Positions 1 to 7,516 of a DNA stretch of 11,201 nucleotides are shown here, in pieces. The notes beneath the pieces are model-generated. The model did no database searches, was not told the DNA's origin, and saw only the letters and a list, made by a program, of their open reading frames with translations. Position 1 is the first letter of the stretch. Each line of letters opens with the position of its first letter. The translations under genes and the position numbers were made by a program. The DNA is from Methanobacterium sp. (GTDB lineage Archaea; Methanobacteriota; Methanobacteria; Methanobacteriales; Methanobacteriaceae): assembly GCA_003166335.1 (NCBI GenBank), contig PMWA01000039.1:11342-22542 (forward strand), read 5' to 3'.

Positions 1-322
1 TAGTGACTACCCCCACACCTTCACCCCCTCTGATGATTATTCCAGTTTTATCAGTAATTTTAACGTCGGCGAAGATCTCCAGATTACGAGTAACATCCGG
101 GTCATGATATGGTCTTTTTATTACAGATGCTCTTCCATGAGTATTTGTTAGTTTCTGTGAGTTTTCAATGTCTATATCCAGTTTACCTATGGGAGTTTCT
201 AATTTTATTTTATCCACTTTTTTATTTAAGACTTTAAATGCAGCTATTGCTGCTGCAGTCGCCGCGGTGCCTGTGGTAATCCCATATTCAGGTTCTTTTT
301 TTGAATAGAGTTTATCTTCCAT
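1..322 (-). CDS. cbiD: Cobalt-precorrin-5B C1-methyltransferase CbiD, N-terminal 107 codons (runs off the window edge)
   Basis: Not in the ORF track; translated by hand from ATG at 322: MEDKLYSKKEPEYGITTGTAATAAAIAAF...KRPYHDPDVTRNLEIFADV...IIIRGGEGVGVVT. It carries the CbiD motifs GxTTGxxAxAA, DPDVT and GGxGVGxVT. Confidence 0.93.
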   Translation of the reverse strand, partial: MEDKLYSKKEPEYGITTGTAATAAAIAAFKVLNKKVDKIKLETPIGKLDIDIENSQKLTNTHGRASVIKRPYHDPDVTRNLEIFADVKITDKTGIIIRGGEGVGVVT

Positions 323-349
323 TTAACTATTAACTTAAATTTTATTTTA

Positions 350-616
350 TTAACTTTCTTCACTTAATTCAGCTTTCAGGGCTTCTACTAACTCTTCTTT
401 AGTAGGTGCACCTACAAATTTAACTACACCGTTTAATGCTATAGCGGGAACTGCCATGAGATTATATTCAACAGCTTTTTCCCTATCTGACATTATATCT
501 ATTTTTTCAACTTCCAAGTCATCAGGCATTTCTTTTTTCACTTCTTCCACCAACTCTACAGCCATGGGACAGTAAGGGCATGATGGGGATGTAAATACTT
601 CAACTTTTACTACCAT
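350..616 (-). CDS. trx: Small thioredoxin/glutaredoxin-like protein (MJ0307/MTH807 family)
   Basis: 88 aa with FTSPSCPYCP redox motif, cis-Pro motif AVP and FVGAP. Strong SD GGAGAGGTGA at 632-623. Confidence 0.93.
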   Translation of the reverse strand: MVVKVEVFTSPSCPYCPMAVELVEEVKKEMPDDLEVEKIDIMSDREKAVEYNLMAVPAIALNGVVKFVGAPTKEELVEALKAELSEES

Positions 617-622
617 AATTCG

Positions 623-701
623 TCACCTCTCCTTTTTGATATATCAGGATAAAAAATATTTTTTAGTTATTAATTATAATCTGTCCATAAAACCATATAA
701 A
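623..701 (-). promoter_or_regulatory. Putative TATA box and ribosome-binding site for trx-cbiD
   Basis: Minus strand reads TTTATATG at about 700-693 and SD GGAGAGGTGA at 632-623. A perfect palindrome TGATATATCA lies at 637-646 in the leader. Confidence 0.5.
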
Positions 702-1000
702 TCTAATCTATATCATTATATTCTACAACAACTTCATAGAATAGATTAAAATAGATTAGAAGTCTTTTCAACATGTCAAAAGAAGTAATAGATCATCAAG
801 TTTGATTTATTAAAAAATGATTTGAAGCATATATTATACATTTTTAATTAAGTATATTCATTCAATTTCAGAAATTTTTTTCAGGTTTCTATTAGCATCC
901 GATGTAAAAAATTTTTTTTTATATTATGATATTTTTTATTAAAATGGTATTTCTAAAAAATATAACTGCCTTTTTTTTTAATGTGATTAAAAAATTTGTG

Positions 1001-1110
1001 TAATAATATGATACTGAAGTTCACTGTTGAGAAAACTTCAGTACCTATTATCATGCCGAATATTATTATATTTTCGTTTGGAGGCGGGTAAAATAAATTC
1101 GGCCATGATC
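1001..1110. ncRNA. Candidate structured RNA / tandem inverted-repeat element (two adjacent hairpins), family unknown
   Basis: Hairpin 1: TACTGAAGTT 1012-1021 / AACTTCAGTA 1034-1043, a perfect 10 bp stem. Hairpin 2: ATCATG-CCGAAT 1050-1061 / ATTCGG-c-CATGAT 1097-1109, inner TTATT/AATAA, and apical TTCGTT-TGGA-GGCGGG with G.U pairs. More GC-rich than its flanks. The structure is seen directly; RNA status is inferred. Confidence 0.4.
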
Positions 1111-1135
1111 GTTTTTGTACTGTAAATTAATTTTT

Positions 1136-1481
1136 TTATAAAGCTAAAATTGGTATTAACTGCACCCTCGCCGTTAAATTAGTGTAATATTCTTGGAAAT
1201 CATTTTTAAATTTTTCAAGGGTATTATCCACTTCTTTGTTAGAGGTTTTGAATTCTAGTTGAGGGATGGTAATGATTAAATTAATATTATTACTATTTTA
1301 ATTGGACGATTGCTTCGGCATTAATTTCTGAACGGTTTATTTGGTATTTATTATCCATTAAATCCTTTTTAAGGAGGGACCATACTTCTTCAGGTAAATT
1401 CTCATCTTTAAATGTTAATATAAATATCTGATTAAGAACTTCGTCAATATTGGTTTCTTTTATTTCCACTAGTTGAAGCAT
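1136..1481 (-). pseudogene. Hypothetical protein (~114 aa) interrupted by one +1 frameshift near 1295-1299
   Basis: The track ORF 1293..1481 stops at TAG, but the +1 frame is open from 1294 to TAA at 1138-1136: SNNINLIITIPQLEFKTSNKEVDNTLEKFKNDFQEYYTNLTARVQLIPILAL. SD-like GAGTGGT precedes ATG 1481. Confidence 0.6.
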
Positions 1482-1533
1482 AGATTTACCACTCGATTTT
1501 TTGTTAATTAATCAAAAAGTTTCATTTTGGGAG

Positions 1534-1849
1534 TTAATTTATCTCATTCGTTTCTATTGAACGTGTGGATTGGGGTTTATATTTTGAATCAATTTCTAAG
1601 ATTCGTAATCTTTCAGATAAAAATTCTAGTACCCTTCGTTTTTCGATGAAAGATACGTTTTTCTTAGATAACATATTAATTAATTCAGTTATGCTTCTAG
1701 CGGAACAAGTGCCTGATTTTTTATCCATAAAGATGATGCCTCTTTTTCCAAGATCTTTTGATATGGATACTAATACTGCACCCCAAACTTTTCCTTTATC
1801 ATCTTTTAAGTCAAGAACTTGAGAATTTATTTACTATTTTTTCATCCAT
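1534..1849 (-). pseudogene. Hypothetical protein (~104 aa) interrupted by one +1 frameshift near 1831
   Basis: The frame of track ORF 1534..1728 is open upstream to 1830 (INSQVLDLKDDKGKVWGAVLVSISKDLGKRGIIF-MDKK...). ATG 1849, with SD GGTGAA at 1862-1857, begins MDEKIV one base out of frame. Confidence 0.65.
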
Positions 1850-1856
1850 CTTTTAA

Positions 1857-1901
1857 TTCACCGTAATACATCTTAATACAGTATAATTTAAATAGTTTTC
1901 G
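1857..1901 (-). promoter_or_regulatory. Archaeal BRE-TATA promoter and SD for the 1849 gene
   Basis: Minus strand reads CGAAAA (1901-1896) cta TTTAAATT (1892-1885), then SD GGTGAA (1862-1857). Spacing fits a transcription start near 1862-1868. Confidence 0.6.
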
Positions 1902-2078
1902 TTTAGGATAATAACAAATTATAGCAACCAGAAGACTTGCACCCAAAATAATATTAAAACGTGAATCATAAAATAACATAGTATAAAAAAAAATAATGCT
2001 ATAAATTCCATTCCATAATAACCTAAAAAATTTTTACTAAGATTAAAACGCATTTAACTCCAAAGAGAAGGGGGATAC

Positions 2079-2510
2079 ATGAGTGGTAAAGACACCATTA
2101 AAATACTATTAGTGGAGGATAATCCTGGAGATTATTTAATCATCCGGGAAATGCTTAAAGAAACCGAATACACTCAATTTACACTAACTCATTCTCCCAA
2201 ATTAGAAGATGGATTAAAAAATCTGCAGGAAAATAAATTTGATGTGGTAATCCTTGATTTAAACTTACCAGATAGTGAAGGCTTAGACACATTTCTCCAA
2301 ATCCTAAGTAAACATCCCGAACTCCCTATCATAATATTAACTGGTTTATCAGATGAAGAAATGGGCATAAACGCTGTAAAACAAGGTGCACAGGACTACC
2401 TAGTCAAAGGAGAATTCAACGGTAAACTCTTAGCACGATCCATCAATTATGCAATTGAACGTAAAGGATTAGAAGGACTATTCAGTTACCACATTGATCG
2501 TTCCCAATAA
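2079..2510 (+). CDS. Stand-alone response regulator receiver (REC) protein
   Basis: 143 aa with ILLVEDN acidic pocket, phosphoacceptor Asp in VILDLNLPDS, IIILTG and GAQDYLVKG. No output domain. SD-like GGGGGA upstream. Confidence 0.92.
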   Translation: MSGKDTIKILLVEDNPGDYLIIREMLKETEYTQFTLTHSPKLEDGLKNLQENKFDVVILDLNLPDSEGLDTFLQILSKHPELPIIILTGLSDEEMGINAVKQGAQDYLVKGEFNGKLLARSINYAIERKGLEGLFSYHIDRSQ

Positions 2511-2978
2511 AAAAATAATTAAAACCCAATCATTTAGATTAAAAAAAGAACTTTAATTTTTTTTAAAAATTACATTATTCATTGAATACTGTTCTACTTA
2601 ATCCTAAAAGATAATCAAAGCATACTTATTTTTTTACATTTTTTTTAATTTCTAAAAAATCATATTTACCTTTATAAAGGATTTAAACTATACTAAATAT
2701 AATAATAAATTCTAGAAGAATAAAAAATTTTTATTTCTTAAATCATTTATAAAAAACCATTTTTTTAGATTTTAATCGTTTTAAGAAATCTTTTAAGTAT
2801 CTAGCACCTTTATCTAAATATTCTATAATGAAATGTAAATTTTGATTAAAAGTGATGAAAATTTATTTTCAAAATAAATAAACCAATCTTTGGTGAACAA
2901 TCGGTTAGAAATACATTAACAAATTTGAATAAAAAAAAATTTTTTAATTATATATTATTAATTGGGGTAGTGATAATT

Positions 2979-3857
2979 TTGAAAGTGAAGGTTAGATCCC
3001 CCGGCTCAGCTACAATTATAAATGCCATATCTACCGGCTGTGGCTCTGCATTCGGCATTCAACTTTATATTACTGTAGAAGCAGAATTAACAGCCACTTC
3101 TAAGATAAATTGTAAAACAGATAAAAATGTAGATACATCTTTAATGGAGATTTGTGTGAAGAATGTTTTAAAAAAATTCCAGATAAAAACTGGAGTTAAA
3201 GTACAAACAGAATCTAATCTTCCCATTGCATCCGGCCTCTCCAGTAGCAGTGCCACATCAAATGCTGTAGTTTTAGCTACAACCCAGGCTCTAATGGATG
3301 CATATGAAATTAATCCTATTGATATAGGTTTAGATGATAAGGGAATTATGAATTTAGCTGTAGACTCTTCATTACAAGCTGGAGTAACTATAACTGGAGC
3401 TTTTGATGATGCTAGTGCCTCCTATTTAGGAGGTTTAACCATCACTAATAATTTAGAGCGTAAACTTATACGAAGAGACAAGTTGGATGAGCGTAATATA
3501 TTAATATATGTGCCGGATAAAAAGTCACTTACCATAGATGCTGATGTGGCAAGGATGAAACTCTTAGCACCTTGGGTTAAATTAGCCTTTAAAGAAGCAT
3601 TGAAGGGTAATATTCATCATGCGTTAACTTTAAACGGATTTTTATATTGTTCAGCTCTTCACTTCAATCCTGATATAGCATTAGATGCATTAGAAGCTGG
3701 AGCAGTAGCAGCAGGGCTTTCTGGAACTGGTCCATCATTTGTGGCGATTGCAGATGATAACTATTCTCCTTTAATAAAGGATGCCTGGAAATCTTATCCG
3801 GGAAAGGTTATAAGTACTAAAGTTGATAATCAGGGTACTAAGGTGATTATAACATGA
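2979..3857 (+). CDS. aroK: Archaeal shikimate kinase (GHMP family)
   Basis: [12 protein letters not shown]-terminus, GHMP motif [21 protein letters not shown] and GLSGTGP. Start reassigned to in-frame TTG 2979, which follows SD GGGGTAGTGA (292 aa). Confidence 0.93.
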   Translation: MKVKVRSPGSATIINAISTGCGSAFGIQLYITVEAELTATSKINCKTDKNVDTSLMEICVKNVLKKFQIKTGVKVQTESNLPIASGLSSSSATSNAVVLATTQALMDAYEINPIDIGLDDKGIMNLAVDSSLQAGVTITGAFDDASASYLGGLTITNNLERKLIRRDKLDERNILIYVPDKKSLTIDADVARMKLLAPWVKLAFKEALKGNIHHALTLNGFLYCSALHFNPDIALDALEAGAVAAGLSGTGPSFVAIADDNYSPLIKDAWKSYPGKVISTKVDNQGTKVIIT

Positions 3858-4147
3858 ATAAGTCAGATGCCCTGAAACTATTAATTGATTCTAGGGGTAA
3901 GATTGATCAAATTGATGATGAAATAATTAATCTTATAATTAAAAGAACTAGTTTAGCTAAGGATATAGCCACTGCCAAATTGGTTTTAGGTAAAGATATT
4001 CATGATGCTAAAAGAGAAGTTTATATCCAAGATAAAATTAAAACTTTAGCTAAAAAGAAGAATATTAATGAGGTTAGTCTTACAAATATAATGAATATAC
4101 TAACTGATTTAAATAAAAACGAACAAGAAAAAATTTTTAGGAGGTAA
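3854..4147 (+). CDS. aroQ: Monofunctional chorismate mutase (AroQ type)
   Basis: 97 aa helical protein with R-x-x-IDxIDxEIIxLIxKR, A-x-x-K and D-x-x-RE motifs. ATGA overlap with aroK. Confidence 0.88.
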   Translation: MNKSDALKLLIDSRGKIDQIDDEIINLIIKRTSLAKDIATAKLVLGKDIHDAKREVYIQDKIKTLAKKKNINEVSLTNIMNILTDLNKNEQEKIFRR

Positions 4148-4152
4148 AAAAT

Positions 4153-4335
4153 ATGGGTAACATTAGATCATCATTCATAAAAAGAGTATCTAAAGAGTTA
4201 ATTGAAACTTACAATGGTAAATTCACTAATGATTTCGATGAAAACAAGAAGTTAGTCGAGGAATATACTACAGTTAGCACTAAACATTTACGAAATAAAA
4301 TTGCAGGTTATGTCACCAGATTAGTTAGACAATAA
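4153..4335 (+). CDS. rps17e: 30S ribosomal protein S17e (eS17)
   Basis: [11 protein letters not shown]...FTNDFDENK...[12 protein letters not shown] is the S17e signature. SD GGAGGT lies at the end of aroQ. Confidence 0.96.
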   Translation: MGNIRSSFIKRVSKELIETYNGKFTNDFDENKKLVEEYTTVSTKHLRNKIAGYVTRLVRQ

Positions 4336-4374
4336 GATAATATTTAATATTATATTTAAAAGCGGTGAATTACA

Positions 4375-5595
4375 GTGGATATAATTGTGGTTAAATTCGG
4401 TGGTACATCCATTGGTAATGGAGAAAAAATAAAAAAAGCAGCTGAATCAGTGGTTAAAGAGTATATGAAAGGCTCTAGAATAGTGGTAGTGGTTTCTGCT
4501 ATTAATAAAACCACTGATGAAATATTAAGTATTGTTAATGAATCCATAGGGGAATCCGTTAATGAGAAGCAGTTAGCTGAGATTATTTCCATGGGTGAAG
4601 TTACCAGTGTGAGAATATTCTCATCCACCATTGAATCTTTGGGTGTTAAATCGGAATATCTTGATCCATTTAATGATAATTGGCCTGTGATTACTGATAG
4701 TAACTATTTAAATGCTAAAATTGATTTTGAAGCCACAGAGGAGAAGTCTAAGGAGATTCTAAAGCTTCTAGATCAGGGTATTATACCAGTGCTCTGTGGT
4801 TTCCTGGGTAAAGATAATAATGGTAATATAACCACTCTAGGCAGGGGTGGAAGTGATATAACTGCATTCCTATTAGGGCACGCTCTTAAGGCTAAGGAAG
4901 TGATTATTATAACGGATGTGGGTGGAGTAATGTCCACTGATCCTAACAAGCTTCAATCAGCTAAGAAGCTTGATAAAATATCAGTAGAGGAAATGAGGGA
5001 TTTAGCCACTCATGGCGCGCAAGTGTTACATCCATATTCATTGAAATATAAGGATCCCTTAATTAATGCTAAAATCATCGGTTACGAGCATGGTGATCTT
5101 TCAGCTATTGGAACAGAGATTATAGGTCCCTCGGAGAATGAAATGCTTAAAACTACAGCTTTAAATGATGAACCCATAAGTGTAATTGCAGTGGTGGGAG
5201 AAGAAATTTTAACTAAAAGTGGAGTGTTAGCAGACCTCACGGAAGCATTATCAGTGAATAAGATTAATATTTACGGTATATCCACGGGACAGAATAGTAT
5301 AACTATATTTGTGGATAAATCCGTTGCTGACAAGGCTCATGAAATATTGCATGATGTAGTAGTGGAGAATAAACATTTAAGCAGTCTATCCTTGGGTAGG
5401 GAAATCGCTATGATTACTGTTGCCAGTCAAGATTTTATAGACACTCCAGGAATAATTACTAAAATAACCGAGCCTTTACGTAAAAAACATATTAATATTA
5501 TAGAGATTTCATCAAGTCAAACTAGTGTTGTTATTTTTGTGGATTGGAATGATGGTAAGAAAGCCTATGGAATGGTGAGGAGAGTCTTGGAATGA
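4375..5595 (+). CDS. lysC: Aspartate kinase with C-terminal ACT domains
   Basis: [34 protein letters not shown] and GAQVLHP motifs, plus two ACT-like C-terminal repeats. GTG start after SD GCGGTGA. Confidence 0.96.
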   Translation: MDIIVVKFGGTSIGNGEKIKKAAESVVKEYMKGSRIVVVVSAINKTTDEILSIVNESIGESVNEKQLAEIISMGEVTSVRIFSSTIESLGVKSEYLDPFNDNWPVITDSNYLNAKIDFEATEEKSKEILKLLDQGIIPVLCGFLGKDNNGNITTLGRGGSDITAFLLGHALKAKEVIIITDVGGVMSTDPNKLQSAKKLDKISVEEMRDLATHGAQVLHPYSLKYKDPLINAKIIGYEHGDLSAIGTEIIGPSENEMLKTTALNDEPISVIAVVGEEILTKSGVLADLTEALSVNKINIYGISTGQNSITIFVDKSVADKAHEILHDVVVENKHLSSLSLGREIAMITVASQDFIDTPGIITKITEPLRKKHINIIEISSSQTSVVIFVDWNDGKKAYGMVRRVLE

Positions 5596-6479
5596 AATTA
5601 GAAGGTACTATAGTTGCTATGGTAACTCCATTCAACAATGAGGATGAAGTATACGAAACAGGAATAAGAGAGAATATAAATTATTTAATAGAGAGAGGTG
5701 TAGACGGTGTATTAGCAGCAGGAACCACAGGTGAATCAGCTACTATTACCCATGATGAGCAGCGGAAGATGATTGACATCATGGTGGATGAAGTTAATGG
5801 AAGAGTTAAATGCATAGCCGGAGCTGGTAGTAACTCTTCAAAGGAAGCATTAGGATTAGTGAAGTATGCCGAAACTGCAGGTGCAGATGCAGCTTTAGTG
5901 ATAACACCTTACTATAATAAGCCACAACCTCATGGACTTTATGAGCATTATCGTATGCTATCAAAATCCACTAATATTCCAATAATAGTTTACAATGTCC
6001 CTTCAAGAACTGGAACCGATATTGATGTAGATACCATAGCTAAAGTGGCGGAATTAGATACCATTATAGCTATTAAGGAAGCAAATCCAGATTTAGATAA
6101 ATTAAGCCAAATTATGAAGAAGCTGGAGGATGTAGATAGTGAATTCCGTGTAATATCAGGTAATGATAATCTAACGTTACCTATGATATCATTGGGAGCT
6201 AAAGGTGTTATTAGTGTGTTAGCAAATGTAGACCCAGCTAGAATGAGTTTGCTAGTGCATAATGCATTGGACGGTAATTATAATGAAGCAAAGCAAATTC
6301 ATTACGAGCTATATGATTTAATGAAGGTATTATTCATAGAATCTAATCCGGTGCCTGCTAAAGAAGCACTTAACTTAATGGGTCGTCCAGCGGGGCATGT
6401 ACGTATGCCATTAGGAACCATGAAGGAAGAGAATAAAAATAAACTTAGAATGGTTCTCCAAGATCTGAAGCTAATCTAA
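5592..6479 (+). CDS. dapA: 4-hydroxy-tetrahydrodipicolinate synthase
   Basis: [27 protein letters not shown], Schiff-base Lys in AIKEA, and [12 protein letters not shown] overlap with lysC. Confidence 0.97.
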   Translation: MKLEGTIVAMVTPFNNEDEVYETGIRENINYLIERGVDGVLAAGTTGESATITHDEQRKMIDIMVDEVNGRVKCIAGAGSNSSKEALGLVKYAETAGADAALVITPYYNKPQPHGLYEHYRMLSKSTNIPIIVYNVPSRTGTDIDVDTIAKVAELDTIIAIKEANPDLDKLSQIMKKLEDVDSEFRVISGNDNLTLPMISLGAKGVISVLANVDPARMSLLVHNALDGNYNEAKQIHYELYDLMKVLFIESNPVPAKEALNLMGRPAGHVRMPLGTMKEENKNKLRMVLQDLKLI

Positions 6480-6481
6480 AA

Positions 6482-6566
6482 AAAAGAATATTAAAAGGTT
6501 AATCAACTAATAAATTAGTTTTTAATCCTTTAAAAATTCTTTTAACACTTTTTTTGGGGATTAACC
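6482..6566 (+). terminator. Imperfect hairpin followed by a T7 tract between dapA and dapB (possible internal terminator/attenuator)
   Basis: Nested pairs AAAAGAAT 6482-6489/ATTCTTTT 6536-6543, AAAGG 6494-6498/CCTTT 6527-6531 and AACTAAT 6505-6511/ATTAGTT 6514-6520. T7 at 6549-6555. Confidence 0.4.
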
Positions 6567-6653
6567 ACCCTAATTTGTTTTTAAATCATATATATACACT
6601 TCTTTATTTTTTTTATAAATTTTATGAAAATATATTTTAGGAGATGATATAAA

Positions 6654-7475
6654 ATGATTAACATCACGGTAACCGGTGCAGCAGGCAGAATGGGTTCTAA
6701 AATAATTAAAACCATCCTAAATCAGGATGACATGAATATTGCAGCAGCAATAGAATCACCTGACACTCCAATAGCAGGAAAAGACATAGGAGAAGTAATA
6801 GGAATAGGAAATATAGGAATAGAAATCACTCCCGCCAACAAACTAAATGAAGTATTAAAAAATATAAAACCGGATGTACTAGTTGATTTCACCATAGCAG
6901 GTGCAGCAGTAAATACTATAAAAACAGCCTCACAAAACAATGTAAATCTAGTAGTAGGAACCACAGGCTTCACCGATGAACAAATGACAGAGATAAAGGA
7001 AGTTATCAAATCGAATAAAGTAAAAGCAGTTATAGCTCCTAACATGGCTATAGGAGTTAATGTATTCTTTAAAGTAATCAAAGATTTAGCACCTATCCTA
7101 TCAGATTACGATATCGAAATAATTGAAGCTCATCACAAACACAAGGCAGATGCACCATCCGGAACCGCAGTAAAAGCCTTTGAAATCATAGCACATGAAC
7201 TAGAAGATGAACAGAAGAAAACATGTATCTACGGAAGAAAAGGAGTAACTGGTGAAAGAACACCGGATGAAATAGGAATGCATGCAATTCGCGGAGGAGA
7301 CATTGTAGGCGACCATACCGTACTATTTGCAGGTGATGGTGAACGCTTAGAAATAATACACCGAGCAAGCAGTCGGCAAGCATTCGTAAATGGAGTTATA
7401 AAAGCCATAAGATACATACCCCAAGCTGAAGAAGGTAAAATAAGTGGCATGGCAGATGTACTCGGTTTAAAATAA
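6654..7475 (+). CDS. dapB: 4-hydroxy-tetrahydrodipicolinate reductase
   Basis: GAAGRMG Rossmann motif, VDFT, VGTTG, APNMAIG, EAHHKHKADAPSGTA and RGGDIVGDH. SD AGGAGATGA. Confidence 0.97.
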   Translation: MINITVTGAAGRMGSKIIKTILNQDDMNIAAAIESPDTPIAGKDIGEVIGIGNIGIEITPANKLNEVLKNIKPDVLVDFTIAGAAVNTIKTASQNNVNLVVGTTGFTDEQMTEIKEVIKSNKVKAVIAPNMAIGVNVFFKVIKDLAPILSDYDIEIIEAHHKHKADAPSGTAVKAFEIIAHELEDEQKKTCIYGRKGVTGERTPDEIGMHAIRGGDIVGDHTVLFAGDGERLEIIHRASSRQAFVNGVIKAIRYIPQAEEGKISGMADVLGLK

Positions 7476-7516
7476 AGCAAATATATTAATTAAAAAAATT
7501 TATAGGTGATTAAATT

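Noticed and set aside
1008..1054. C/D box sRNA, fluoride riboswitch or dif-like site interpretation of hairpin 1
   Set aside because: ATGATAC is not a box C and its CTGA is directly adjacent. The crcB consensus is not matched. The 12-nt spacer does not fit the 6-nt dif spacer.
1565..1822. 85-aa plus-strand ORF
   Set aside because: Antisense shadow of the minus-strand gene 1534-1849, which has the promoter and SD. No motif or clear SD of its own.
1290..1845. Pyrrolysine or amber read-through at the TAG codons at 1295-1293 and 1836-1834
   Set aside because: Each TAG is followed immediately by in-frame TAA, and Methanobacteriales are not known to use pyrrolysine.
2925..2978. N-terminal extension [18 protein letters not shown] on shikimate kinase, resembling a signal peptide
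   Set aside because: It is A/T-tract promoter DNA. The SD GGGGTAGTGA points to TTG 2979, where the family's N-terminus begins.
2511..2978. Long AT-rich spacer examined for a CRISPR array, replication origin or gene remnant
   Set aside because: No regularly spaced repeats, ORB-like boxes or bridgeable reading frames were visible, only A/T tracts.
3065..4631. Minus-strand ORFs 3065..3256 and 4356..4631
   Set aside because: Antisense to aroK and lysC, with no recognisable protein features.
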